Positions 11,001 to 22,429 of a stretch of 43,622 nucleotides of DNA are shown here, in pieces; the first letter of the stretch is position 1; the number at the start of each line of letters is the position of its first letter. The stretch is from assembly GCA_002269645.1 (NCBI GenBank), contig NIVC01001983.1, positions 172,654-216,275 of the forward strand. Direction: 5' to 3'. The stretch comes from Macrostomum lignano (lineage: Eukaryota). Under the pieces are notes generated by a model. It was not told the origin of the DNA. It ran no database searches and saw nothing but the letters and a program-made list of their open reading frames with translations. The translations under genes were made by a program, and so were the position numbers.

Positions 11001-12248
11001 ATGCCGATAGTAGCGAGACTGACAGCTGCCACCGGAACGGTGCTGCTGCTTGCCGCGGTTCTGTGCCGGCTCTGCAATTCAAGCCGGCAGCCGCAGCAGC
11101 CGGGATTTGATGGCGACCAGGCGCTGCTGCGCGAGATCGAGTCCCAGCCGGCGGACCAGGTGCTGCTTCGGCTGGCCACTGGCGACAGCAGCATCGCCAA
11201 ACTGGCTGTTCAGCTGACTCAGCCAGCCAAGCAGCATCTGGTGCAGCGATTGTTCAATGGCAGCAGCCGGAAGATGCAAACTCTGCAGACTGGCATCGAT
11301 CTCTGCTGGTCGCTGGCTGGCGTCAGCTGCGTCTGCGCCCACCTGGAGAACAAGTCGGCCGGCGGGGAGGCCGTGCGGGACTTTCGCTGCGCCAGGGGCG
11401 TTCGCAGCGGTCGAGACTGCGGCGGCGGCGGCGGTGGCACCGGGGGTTGCGCCCAGTGCTCGGCCGAGTTCAAGCAGGCCGGACGGGACTGCTTCGGACC
11501 CGACTGCGCGGCCACCTGCCAGTGCCGTTGTCCCGGAGCCTCCTGGCCCTCTCAGATCCGGCCGTGCTCCTCCTGGTGCAGCCCAACGCGCGGCGGTCCG
11601 TGCTCGCCTGGCGCGGTGGCGGCGCAGCAGACAAGAGCAGCGAGCGAAGTAGCGGCGGACAGCCTGACTTCGAACCGGCTGTGGAACGGCGTCCTGGTGT
11701 GCGCCTTTCTGCTCATATGCCTCATTGTGGCCGCCTACGGCTGCCGCCTCTGCACTCACTGCTCCAAGCTGTGCTCCGGAGTCGCGCAGGCCTTCGCTTC
11801 GCTCCGAACTCGGCTGGGCCTCGATTTTGGCGAATCGAACCTTCGTATCGGCGTCGCTTTAAGCTACGACCGGGCCAGAGGCGCTGTAGGCGGAGCCGGG
11901 GCACACAACGACTATTTGGCAGATTTTGACGACACGGAAGACTATGACAGCAGCGAGGGTGGCGGTAGCGGCGGCGGAGCGGGCCGTCACGGTAGGCGAC
12001 GGCGGCGGCGAGACAGGCGAGGCCGCGAGCGCACCGGCTCCTTCCTGTCGCTGAGCTGCGCAGAGAGCATCAACGTCGTGTCGCCGACCGACCTCATCCT
12101 GCCGAGCTACCGGGAGCAGGCGCCCCCGCCCGGGCCCTTCAGCGCCGCTCCGCCAAGCTACGAGCAGGCGCAGCAGGAGCAGCAGCAGGACTTGCAGAAC
12201 CCGCCGCCGGCCTATTCGGAACTGTTTGAGCCGGGCGGCAGCAGCTGA
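11001..12248 (+). CDS. Intronless orphan type I membrane protein, 415 aa (signal peptide, Cys-rich ectodomain, one TM, PY-motif tail)
   Basis: Non-repetitive GC-rich 1248-nt ORF with ATG and TGA; hydrophobic N-terminus (TVLLLAAVLC); Cys cluster including CFGPDCAATCQC; TM GVLVCAFLLICLIVAAYG; tail LPSY, PPSY, PPAY. Confidence 0.75.
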   Translation: MPIVARLTAATGTVLLLAAVLCRLCNSSRQPQQPGFDGDQALLREIESQPADQVLLRLATGDSSIAKLAVQLTQPAKQHLVQRLFNGSSRKMQTLQTGIDLCWSLAGVSCVCAHLENKSAGGEAVRDFRCARGVRSGRDCGGGGGGTGGCAQCSAEFKQAGRDCFGPDCAATCQCRCPGASWPSQIRPCSSWCSPTRGGPCSPGAVAAQQTRAASEVAADSLTSNRLWNGVLVCAFLLICLIVAAYGCRLCTHCSKLCSGVAQAFASLRTRLGLDFGESNLRIGVALSYDRARGAVGGAGAHNDYLADFDDTEDYDSSEGGGSGGGAGRHGRRRRRRDRRGRERTGSFLSLSCAESINVVSPTDLILPSYREQAPPPGPFSAAPPSYEQAQQEQQQDLQNPPPAYSELFEPGGSS

Positions 12249-14119
12249 GTTGGTTGTCACGGCTTCCCCTTGCACTAGACAGCTAAAAGCAGAGGGACGC
12301 TGCACACGCATTGGCGAGACAGAAAGTTTTTCAGTTTTTTAGCAACAAATCCCAGGACTTCCCAGGAGCAAAGTTTCCACAAAATTTCTGCTGTTTCGAT
12401 ACTTTTAGTGGATTTGTTTCTACCAAATTTGTCTATGGCGGAACCCCACTCAGCGATGAGTGTGAAAGCAAATCTTTGCAAAGCTTGCCGGATCAAATTG
12501 GACAAAAGTCGCGTGATGGCGGCTCCCCTTGTTGCTAAAAAGTGAAAACTTACGGCGTCCCTCTGCTTCAGCAGTTCTGGTGCTCCTCGTGTGCTAATCC
12601 CTCAATTTCGTCCAACTGTTTCTAACGAAAACTGCCATTATTAAATCCCATTGTGTATTGTTTAAATTTTGAAACTGCGCCACCAAAATATCCCATTGCA
12701 TGCCAATAGCAGCGCTGCACCACACTCGCTAATTAATCTTCTGTCACAAGCGAACTGCAAGAATTCCACCATAACAGTGACGAGTTTTGAAGTCATGTCG
12801 AACCGGCCGACGAATTTGTTGTGTCCCGAGCTGCGGTCACTGGGTGTAGAGTAATTAGCGGCCACTTCCCGCAGCTAAAAAAGTTAATTTGTCAATTATT
12901 CGAGAGTGTGCAGAACTGGCTGTGTTGTAAGAGTGAAAAATGGCTGGGCCAAACCCGTGCAAAGTGGGCGATTTTTCTCCAACCAAGCAGCAATAGTGGC
13001 AAAACCAAAGTATTGTTGAAGAAAACCTGTCACCACTGCGCCTCCCCCCCCCAGCCGAGTTAGCGATCTACTGAATCCTTGTTGTTGCATTTTGATCTAA
13101 TCCTGGTCTCTTGGAAAACTCTAACCTATTTGATATAGTGTAACGAGTTCCACTGCCAATGCCATTTATTTTCTACTGGTTTCGCTTGCTCACTATATCT
13201 GTCTGTGTTTTTGAGCTGTCCATTCAGAAGTGCACACAGCAACATCTTTCAAGTTTCCACCCAGAAACCAATGGTCAACAAGTGGGCAGCTCTACGAGCT
13301 AATCCAACTCAAGCCATAACTCTCTACTCTCGGCTCACCAGCCTAAGCTGCATCACCCAGAACCGCGCGGGAGTGGTGTGAAGTTGGGGGGCTGAGAACA
13401 GTTGACCACTGGCTTCGGGATGGTGTAAATGTTATTGCTGAGTGTAAGTGCTAGTGTCCTATCAGTAATGAAGAGCAAACGTCCTCGACTCTCAGTAAGG
13501 TCCATATTTTGACTGATATGTATCATCCCGTATAGTCTAATTCCAATGTGTCGCTATACTTTACCAAGTATAAAAGTGTCCTTGTGCATTTCTGTGTATA
13601 CAAAGTAGCTCGTACATGTATGTTTATTAATAACATTGTCAATTGATTTACGTTGTAACTGTGATACAGTAATGTACAGACGGCCCCACAGAGAGCTTTG
13701 CTAAATATATTAAGTTGTATTCTATTAAAACTGAGAAAAAAATTAAATTTCTCCTGAGCCATTTTTTTGTTTATTTAAATTCAAAAGTTTTCTACTGCGG
13801 CTTTTAAGGCTGCTCAAGATTTGAGATTTGAGCAGTCCTTGGATCCGCAGAGCTGCATAAATTAGCGGCCAAATGTGCAGTTGCTTCAAGGTGTGCAGCT
13901 CTTGACCCGATAAAATCACAATTGTTAGTAATCGCGCAAAGTGATGTTTCAAGCAAAAAAGCATCAGCCCTGGAAGCCAGCTATCCTTGCTAAGACATCG
14001 ACATCCCCTGTGAGCTTTGGCATCAAAGCCTCCCAATTAAGCCATGACTTACCCCTGACTCTTTATTCTCCCTTTGATTCTACCATGATTTATCAATATT
14101 AGATAATTAATATTCCCGA

Positions 14120-14293
14120 AGGTGGGGCAGAGCAACTCAAGCGGTAAACGCATCTCCATGCACATGCCTGACGATTAGAAAGTCAAAAGGGCCGCTGTGC
14201 ACCCCGTGTGAGCGACTGCATGAATGCGTGCCTGAGTACAGCATTGGCGAGCTTGTGTGCTGATGTCCACCGTCAGCACCGGTTTTTGACTAG
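14120..14293 (+). mobile_element. SINE-like dispersed repeat, copy 1
   Basis: Aligns by eye with 23067-23212 (minus): CACATGCCTGACGATTAGAAAGTCAA..CTGTGCACCCCGTGTGAGC versus TACATGCCCGATGATAGGAAAGTCAA..GTGTACACCCTGTGTGAGC. A-box-like CAACTCAAGCGGTAA; 3' hairpin (14257-14279) followed by TTTTT. No clear B box. Confidence 0.5.
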
Positions 14294-14644
14294 TTGTGTA
14301 GAGTGAATAAATATGATATTCTAATTTTCAAGAAAAGAAATGTGCTTCTTGCATATTTCCCGTGTTCAGTATAAGATGCAATTATAAATCCTTTGAAATT
14401 CAACAGCGTTGACGTGGCGCCTGCCTTTGACTTTCTCAGTTTGGCCTTGGTGAGAAAAATTCTGCAAAGGATTTTTTGGCTACGTAATTATTCATACCTT
14501 TGCTGATGGCTTTGTACTATAGTATAATTGCAGACGGTGCGCAAGGGTTGCATGCATGAAGACATGAAGATTAAGCTAAAAAACTCGAAGTGGACTCAAA
14601 TCTAAGGCATCTGCACCAGACTCAAGGTGAACTCGAAGACATTA

Positions 14645-15135
14645 TTATAAGACTTGGACATCAGACTAGAGGAGTGCTCAAAGAAAACTATAAAACTTGG
14701 ACATCAGACTAGAGGAGTGCTCAAAGACACAATTATAAGACTTGGACATCAGACTAGAGGAGTGCTCAAAGACACAACTACAAGACTTGGACATCAGACT
14801 AGAGGAGTGCTCAAAGACACAACTATAAGACTTGGACATCAGACTAGAGGAGTGCTCAAAGACACAACTACAAGACTTGGACATCAGACTAGAGGAGTGC
14901 TCAAAGACACAACTATAAGACTTGGACATCAGACTAGAGGAGTGCTCAAAGACACAACTATAAGACTTGGACATCAGACTAGAGGAGTGCTCAAAGACAC
15001 AACTATAAGACTTGGACATCAGACTAGAGGAGTGCTCAAAGACACAACTATAAGACTTGGACATCAGACTAGAGGAGTGCTCAAAGACACAACTACAAGA
15101 CTTGGACATCAGACTAGAGGAGTGCTCAAAGACAA
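14645..15135. repeat. 45-bp minisatellite (AAGACTTGGACATCAGACTAGAGGAGTGCTCAAAGACACAACTAY), about 11 units
   Basis: Direct reading; gives the RLGHQTRGVLKDTTI pseudo-ORF. Confidence 0.93.
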
Positions 15136-15869
15136 CTGTACATAAGTTGTGTCTGGAACAGCCAGAATGTACATCAGAGATGACAAAATTCGTAAGATAG
15201 AAGCGAATGTCGAGCATACATTAGGGTAAAATGATTTGTGGATTGAGGGGGCGGCAGTCGCTAAACTCCTGCAGCGGCTTAAAAAACAAGAAATCAACAC
15301 CTTATTGGGATTCTGAGTCTCGCTGAGCCGCTTAATGAGGGCGGGGGGGGGGCGGCGAATGCAGAGGCTCAGACAGCCAGGTGCACAGAAATTGAAACAA
15401 AAAAACACTCACTGTCTCACACGCCACGCAGCCAGCTCAAGCAGATGGTCGCCCCCCACCTGCCGATCGCAGGAGCATCACCTGATGCCGTGCAACGAGG
15501 TCTCCCCCCCGACAATGTTCGCTCACTGGGCAAGAGAGGCTTTCTGTCTATCGACTCTGACAGGGCCTGACAAAAGCAATTCCTTACCAAGAGTGTTGGC
15601 TTTCAAATCCTACTGACGAGCTCCTTGCCCTGCACGCTGTCCCAAGCACGCATCCCCGCTCGGCAGGTATGAAATTGATTCGAGAGAAATCGCGTGCGAC
15701 TCAATGGAGGTCCCAGCCTCCAAACGATAAGCTTTATTAATGAGAGTGATGAGGTTTTAATGGCACGCTTAGTTGAGATAGAACTGCTGAATTTATCAAG
15801 TACTGCGATGACAGATGGGTAAAGCACTCTTTCTCATGGGTTAACAGGCCTTCGCAGTCAGCTGCACCC

Positions 15870-16845
15870 TCTATGACCATTGACCGAGAAGGCTGACTTA
15901 CAACCTCTATGATGGGGAAGTCTGCTACACTGCTACAGTTTCACCCTCTATGACCGAGAAGTCAGGTACAGTTACACCCTCTATGACCGAGAAGTCAGAT
16001 ACAATTACACCCGCTATGACGACGAAGTCAGCTACACTGCTACAGTTACCCGCTGTGATTGAGAAGCCAGCTAGTTACACCCGCTATGACCGAGAAGTCA
16101 GCTACAGTCACACCCTCTATGATTGAGAACCCAAGCTATACTCTATGAACCGAGAAACCCACTACACCCTTTATGACCGAGAAGTCAACTAACAGTTTCA
16201 CCTTTTTTGACCGAGAAGTCAACTAACAGTTTCACCCTCTATGACCGAGAAGCCAACTACAGTTTCACCCTCTATGACCGAGAAGTCAAGTACAGTTTCA
16301 CCCTCTATGACCGAGAAGTCAACTACAGTTCTACCCTCTATGACCGAGAAGTCAACTACAGTTCCACCCTCTATGACCGAGTAGTCAACTACAGTTTTCA
16401 CCCTCTATGACCGAGAAGTCAACTACAGTTTCACCCTCTATGACCGAGAAGCCAACTACAGTTCTACCCTCTATGACCGAGAAGTCAACTACAGTTCCAC
16501 CCTCTATGACCGAGTAGTCAACTACAGTTTTCACCCTCTATGACCGAGAAGTCAACTACAGTTTCACCCTCTATGACCGAGAAGCCAACTACAGTTCTAC
16601 CCTCTATGACCGAGAAGTCAACTACAGTTCCACCCTCTATGACCGAGTAGTCAACTACAGTTTTCACCCTCTATGACCGAGAAGTCAACTACAGTTTCAC
16701 CCTCTATGACCGAGAAGTCAACTACAGTTCCACCCTCTATGACCGAGTAGTCAACTACAGTTTTCACCCTCTATGACCGAGAAGTCAACTACAGTTTCAC
16801 CCTCTATGACCGAGAAGTCAGCTAGCTACACCCGCTATGACCGGT
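15870..16845. repeat. 33/34-bp minisatellite (ACCCTCTATGACCGAGAAGTCAACTACAGTTTC) with a 133-bp 4-mer higher-order repeat
   Basis: Variant TTCTACCC recurs at 16329, 16462 and 16595 (133-bp spacing); degenerate left end. Confidence 0.92.
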
Positions 16846-16929
16846 GTGGGTGTACATATCCGTATGCATGCTCAGGACACAGAAGAATGAGAATGACTTT
16901 TTCCTTCCTCGCTTGCTGAGGGCCGCTGG

Positions 16930-17500
16930 CAGAGTTTCTATACGAGCGTAATAAAAATCAATAACAATAACAAAGCCATCTTGTACATGAATAGTCTGGA
17001 TATAGACCAATTTCTTCAGAGCGCAGGATCATATCTCATCAGATTTAATTTAGTTTAATCAGTAGTAGTTACGCATGAATTCTCCGTATTCGTTAATAAA
17101 TTAATTTTGTACACACGGCAATTAACCTGGTTAATCAACGAAGGAAAAATGACAAAGAGCAGATGCGCACTGAGCTCCCCTACATAGGAAAGCCAGCATG
17201 TACTTTTCGTATGCACTAATCACATGACACTAGTAAGAGAGCGAATTTTCGACACGCTACTTATAGTAATAAACTAAAGCGAAACTTATATAAAATTTTT
17301 ATATTATAGATAAAAGAATTCACACAGGTAAAGAGAGCTGGATCACATTGGCATGTTCTGAGTGGGCTGGTAAAAATATTAATTAATATTCACTGATCGT
17401 AGCATTTCTAGGATACTTGTGCCGAAAATTGGATCATATTGCAAGATATGAGCACATTGAGAACTCAAGCCCGCTTATAGATTACTAAGGAGACAGTTTT
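16930..17500 (+). pseudogene. Possible heavily decayed Penelope-like element fragment (RT thumb to GIY-YIG end)
   Basis: Broken peptides in the expected order: EFSVFVNKLI (NGFPxxFINK-like), TELPYIGKP, RILV, ELKP. Many stops and indels; motif resemblance only. Confidence 0.3.
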
Positions 17501-17599
17501 CTTAATTTCTCATTTTTAGTTTCTTTTCAGTGCCAATGCGAATTGAGCTTTTAAAGCCGGCGAAAAGATCATATCTATGAGTATGATCTGGGACAAATC

Positions 17600-18340
17600 C
17601 ACTACACCCATTTATGACTGGGAATTCAGCTACACCCTCTATGACCAACGAAAAGTTGGTTAGTTACACCCTCTATGACTGAAAAATCAGCTACACCCTC
17701 TATGAATGAAAAATCAGCTACACCCTCTATGAATGAAAAATCAGCTACACCCTCTATGAATGAAAAATCAGCTACAACCTCTATGAATGAAAAATCAGCT
17801 ACAACCTCTATGAATGAAAAATCAGCTACACCCTCTATGAATGAAAAATCAGCTACACCCTCTATGAATGAATAATCAGCTACACCCTCTATGACTGAAA
17901 AATCAGCTACACCCTCTATGAATGAAAAATCAGCTACACCCTCTATGACTGAAAAATCAGCTACACCCTATTTGACTTACAATCAGCTACACCCTTTATG
18001 ACTGAAAAAACAGCTACACCCTCTATGACTGAAAAAACAGCTACACCCTATTTGACTTACAATCAGCTACACCCTTTATGACTGAAAAAACAGCTACACC
18101 CTCTATGACTGAAAAAACAGCTACACCCTATTTGACTTACAATCAGCTACACCCTTTATGACTGAAAAAACAGCTACACCCTCTATGACTGAAAAAACAG
18201 CTACACCTATTATTATGACTAAGAAATTAGCTACACCCTCTATGACCGACGAAAAGTTAGTTAGTAACACCCTGTATGACTGGAAAATCAGCGACACCCT
18301 CTATGACCGACGAGAAGTCTACAACACCCTGTATAACCGG
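17600..18340. repeat. 27-bp minisatellite (AGCTACACCCTCTATGAATGAAAAATC)
   Basis: Direct reading; shares the core ACACCCTCTATGA with the 33-bp array. Confidence 0.92.
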
Positions 18341-18495
18341 TGAGAAGTAATTTTAATAATCTTTGATAACTAAAGCCGGACATGGTCCTTTACTAATATA
18401 AAAAGCCACAAGCTTAACATAGCAACCAATAATTAGCCCAGTCTATATAACTTAGCCTCAGCGCATCAGCCAGAAGTTCGCGCCAACCACCGGTT

Positions 18496-18888
18496 TCATA
18501 GAAAATAAGGCGTAGTAGTTTTGTCCGGCACAGTTCGCTGATCGTCCGGCACAGCGTTGAACAGTTTCGGCTCCCGACCTCCGGCGCTGTCCAAGGCCAG
18601 CACAGCGGCCACGTTGCCGCACCGGTAGCAGTAGTTCGGGGCCGACCAGACTGTCACCAGGGCATCGTTGAATACAAATTTATAGCCCTCCTGCACCAGC
18701 TGATGGGCTCGGCAGATCAGTTTCAACTGATTAGCGCTCATAAATTCGGCTGTCACGCGCGGGCCAAACAGATAGCCGGCGCCGCGCGGCGACATGGCGA
18801 AACCGTCGACATCGTCCGGGTCGCTCCAGACCAGATCGCAGAACGGGCCCTTGTGCGGGATCTCCTGCTGGCGGTCTATGGTGCGAAT
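18496..18888 (-). CDS. PPP6C: Serine/threonine protein phosphatase 6 catalytic subunit, exon 3 (last)
   Basis: [24 protein letters not shown]...[10 protein letters not shown]...[12 protein letters not shown]...[14 protein letters not shown]...TTPYFL stop; the TTPYFL end is PP6-type (PP2A ends TPDYFL). Acceptor CAG 18891-18889. Confidence 0.95.
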   Translation of the reverse strand: MRTIDRQQEIPHKGPFCDLVWSDPDDVDGFAMSPRGAGYLFGPRVTAEFMSANQLKLICRAHQLVQEGYKFVFNDALVTVWSAPNYCYRCGNVAAVLALDSAGGREPKLFNAVPDDQRTVPDKTTTPYFL

Positions 18889-18914
18889 CTGCGGCGGCGG
18901 AGGGGGTAGCTCTT

Positions 18915-19285
18915 GCTTGGCGAAGGATAGGGAAAGTACCAGATGCCCTTTTAAGAATAGAGGAAGTACCCGATGCCCTTTCAAGAAGAGGGAAAGTACC
19001 AGATGCCCTTTTAAGAATAGGGAAAGTACTGGATGCCCTTTTAAGAACAGGGCAAGTACCCGATGCCCTTTGAAAAAGCAGGGTAAGTACTCGATGCACT
19101 TTGAAAAAGCAGGGCAAGTACTCGATGCACTTTGAAAAAGCAGGGCAAGTACTCGATGACCTTTGAAAAAGCAGGGCAAGTACTCGATGACCTTTGAAAA
19201 AGCAGGGCAAGTACTCGATGACCTTTGAAAAAGCAGGGCAAGTACTCGATGACCTTTGAAAAAACAGGGCAAGTACTCGATGTCC
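18915..19285. repeat. 31-bp minisatellite (GACCTTTGAAAAAGCAGGGCAAGTACTCGAT) in PPP6C intron 2
   Basis: About 12 units filling most of intron 18889-19324. Confidence 0.92.
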
Positions 19286-19324
19286 ATTGAAAAATCATAG
19301 AACTGTCAAGGCCGGTACACTCAC

Positions 19325-19595
19325 CTGGTCAAGAGTTCGAATCTCGGGCGACAGGCCGCCGTGGACGCACAGGATGGACTCATCAATCAGGGCAGCAATG
19401 GTGAGCAGGTCGAACACTCGGCAGCAGGCCTTCCACGGATTGGCGTTGCCGTATTTGTTGATGCACTCGTCATAAAAGCCGTACACAGTGGTGATCTGAC
19501 GCGATTCATGATTGCCCCGGAGCAGCGTAATGCGATCGGGATACTTGGCCTTCAGCGCCATCAGGTAGGTCCAAGTCTCCAGAGAGTAGTGACCC
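19325..19595 (-). CDS. PPP6C: PP6 catalytic subunit, exon 2
   Basis: GHYSLETW...[19 protein letters not shown]...[15 protein letters not shown] (GNHE and HGG metallophosphoesterase motifs). Acceptor CAG 19598-19596, donor GTGAGT at 19324. Confidence 0.95.
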
Positions 19596-19649
19596 CTGGG
19601 ATTAAGGAGTTCAATGCATAGATTCAATTAATATGCTGCTAGTGATTTA

Positions 19650-20800
19650 ACTAGGAGGCTAAACTCGGAGTCTAGGACCTTAAACTAGGAGTCTAGAGTC
19701 TAAAACTAGGAGTCTAAAGTCTTAAACTAGGAGTCTAGGGTCTTAAACTATGAGTCTAGGGCCCTAAATTAGGAGTCTAGGGTCTTAAACTATGAGTCTA
19801 GGGCCCTAAATTAGGAGTCTAGGGTCTTAAACTATGAGTTTAGGGTCTTAAACTAGGAGTGTAGGGTCTTAAACTAGCAGTAGAGTCAAATTAGGAGTCT
19901 ATGGTCTTAAACTAGGAGTCTAGGGTCTTTAACTAGGAGTGTAGGGTCTTAAACTAGGAGTGTAGGGTCTTAAACTAGCAGTAGAGTCAAATTAGGAGTC
20001 TATGGTCTTAAACTAGGAGTCTAGGGTCTTTAACTAGGAGTGTAGGGTCTTAAACTAGGAGTGTAGGGTCTTAAACTAGGAGTGTAGGGTCTTAAACTAG
20101 GAGTGTAGGGTCTTAAACTAGGAGTGTAGGGTCTTAAACTAGGAGTGTAGGGTCTTAAACTAGCAGTAGAGTCAAATTAGGAGTCTATGGTCTTAAACTA
20201 GGAGTCTAGGATCTTTAACTAGGAGTGTAGGGTCTTAAACTAGGAGTGTAGGGTCTTAAACTAGGAGTGTAGGGTCTTAAACTAGGAGTGTAGGGTCTTA
20301 AACTAGGAGTGTAGGGTCTTAAACTAGGAGTGTAGGGTCTTAAACTAGGAGTGTAGGGTCTTAAACTAGCAGTAGAGTCAAATTAGGAGTCTATGGTCTT
20401 AAACTAGGAGTCTAGGATCTTTAACTAGGAGTGTAGGGTCTTAAACTAGGAGTGTAGGGTCTTAAACTAGCAGTAGAGTCAAATTAGGAGTCTATGGTCT
20501 TAAACTAGGAGTCTAGGGTCTTTAACTAGGAGTGTAGGGTCTTAAACTAGCAGTAGAGTCAAATTAGGAGTCTATGGTCTTAAACTAGGAGTCTAGGATC
20601 TTTAACTAGGAGTGTAGGGTCTTAAACTAGGAGTGTAGGGTCTTAAACTAGCAGTAGAGTCAAATTAGGAGTCTATGGTCTTAAACTAGGAGTCTAGGGT
20701 CTTTAACTAGGAGTCTAGGGTCTTTAACTAGGAGTGTAGGGTCTTAAACTATGAGTTTAGGGCCTTAAACTAGGAGTGTAGGGTCTTAAACTAGGAATTT
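19650..20800. repeat. 21-bp minisatellite (GGGTCTTAAACTAGGAGTGTA) in PPP6C intron 1
   Basis: About 55 units; variant block TAGCAGTAGAGTCAAATTAGG recurs about 7 times. Intron 19596-20912. Confidence 0.93.
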
Positions 20801-20912
20801 AAGAATAATATATATTTAGAGCACACAACTAGCCCCTTTAAGCACCAATAAGTCACTAATTCCTGAACAGAGTAGGTATACCACAATGAGAGCGCAAATT
20901 ATTAACACCTAC

Positions 20913-21160
20913 CTGTCAACAAAGTCGCCCAGAAACACATAGTTGGTGTCCGGCAGTTCCCCGCCGGTGCGAAACAATTCCAATAAGTCGTAGAACTGTC
21001 CGTGAATATCGCCGCACACTGTCACAGGCGTGCTAACTGGCTGAACGTTGCACTCTTCAATTAGCAGGTCGCTAACGTAGTTGCACAGTTTGTACAGGTC
21101 GCCCTCGGGCAGGTACTTGCAGTCGCGGGCAATCTCAATCCATTTGTCCAAGTCGCTCAT
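20913..21160 (-). CDS. PPP6C: PP6 catalytic subunit, coding exon 1
   Basis: [19 protein letters not shown]...[12 protein letters not shown]...[10 protein letters not shown] (GDIHG and GDFVDRG motifs). Donor GTAGGT at 20912, phase 2. Exons 248+271+393 = 912 nt = 303 aa plus stop. Confidence 0.95.
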
Positions 21161-21242
21161 TGTTTCTGATTGACAATGAACTTTGTTTTACTAGGCATGA
21201 AATTTTAACACCAATCAGGTGATTTAATTATGACTCCAAAAC

Positions 21243-21805
21243 CAAGATACAACGGCACTCCTTCGGATACAATGGCACTCTCTCAGATACAATGACACTC
21301 TCTCAGATACAATGGCACTCTCTCAGATACAATGGCACTCCCTCAGATACAATGGCACTCCCTCAGATACAATGGCACTCCCTCAGATACAATGGCACTC
21401 TCTCAGATACAATGGCACTCCCTCAGATACAATGGCACTCTCTCAGATACAATGGCACTCTCTCAGATACAATGGCACTCCCTCAGATACAATGGCACTC
21501 CCTCAGATACAATGGCACTCCCTCAGATACAATGGCACTCCCTCAGATACAATGGCACTCCCTCAGATACAATGGCACTCCCTCAGATACAATGGCACTC
21601 CCTCAGATACAATGGCACTCTCTCAGATACAATGGCACTCTCTCAGATGCAATGGCACTCTCTCAGATACAATGGCACTCCCTCAGATACAATGGCACTC
21701 CCTCAGATACAATGGCACTCTCTCAGATACTATGGCACTCTCTCAGATACAATGGCACTCCCTCAGATACAATGGCACTCCTTTAGATACATTCCACCAG
21801 ATACT
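21243..21805. repeat. 20-bp minisatellite (CTCAGATACAATGGCACTCC) in the predicted 5' UTR intron of PPP6C
   Basis: About 28 units; source of the MALPQIQWHSLRYNGTPSDT pseudo-ORFs. Confidence 0.93.
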
Positions 21806-21834
21806 TTTAAAGACACTGGAATCAGATTACATAC

Positions 21835-21902
21835 CCTGGCACTTCAACTCCTAATAACGTAAGCCACTTTCCGATACTGCCTGACCCCAGACCCCTTGTG
21901 AA
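21835..21902 (-). other. PPP6C: Predicted 68-nt non-coding 5' exon of PPP6C
   Basis: Preceded on the minus strand by a long U-rich tract ending TTCAGTTCTGCAG (AG at 21904-21903), followed by donor CAGG|GTATGT (21834). Matching acceptor ATCAG at 21170-21166, 5 nt before the ATG. No ATG in the exon. Splice signals only, no transcript evidence. Confidence 0.55.
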
Positions 21903-21989
21903 CTGCAGAACTGAATCACAAAAATAAAGCAATAACATGGATAAAAAAAGTAACTTCGACTGCACGACAACAAGTTTTATCTAATGTGT

Positions 21990-21995
21990 TTTATT
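21990..21995 (-). promoter_or_regulatory. Candidate polyadenylation signal AATAAA for MCEE
   Basis: First canonical AATAAA seen on the minus strand downstream of the MCEE stop (about 435 nt). Confidence 0.5.
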
Positions 21996-22429
21996 ATAAC
22001 AAGCAAAACTACATTAAAATTTCTATGGATTCGAATGTACATATTAGCGTGTACACAGGATAGGGAAAACACACACAACACACACACAGTTCAGACAATG
22101 AGAAGGTCTAATTACTGTACCCTAAGAGAGTGAGCAAGAACTAAAGAAGTACAAAAAGCGGATTAAACTAAAATGAGATTGTATCAATAGTAGTCTCTAT
22201 AGAAAGTAAAATTTAAAAATGGTAAGAGAGGGCCAATTAACAAACACTAATCTATTTATCTATATTTATACTTGTAGAGAAGGGGTCAACCAAGCGGGTC
22301 TTTTGAAACTTCCCTCTGCCCTCCATCTCTAATTTGGCCCGCAGTCGTGAGCTGGATATTTTGCCGATCCCTGTAATAGAGTAACGGGTTTCTACGAACT
22401 TGTCAGTATCTTCAATCAGTTATAATGCA

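Noticed and set aside
11079-12311. Several overlapping and antisense ORFs over the membrane protein gene (similarly over ACSS3, PPP6C, MCEE and the transposase)
   Set aside because: Shadow ORFs typical of GC-rich coding DNA.
14257-14294. Hairpin + 10 nt + CTAG|T resembling a Helitron 3' end
   Set aside because: No 5' TC end or Rep/Hel sequence located, and the feature is not shared by the second family copy; kept only as part of the SINE-like repeat.
15415-15570. Short protein-like frame TPRSQLKQMVAPHLPIAGASPDAVQRGLPP
   Set aside because: About 50 codons, no start or splice context, no recognisable family.
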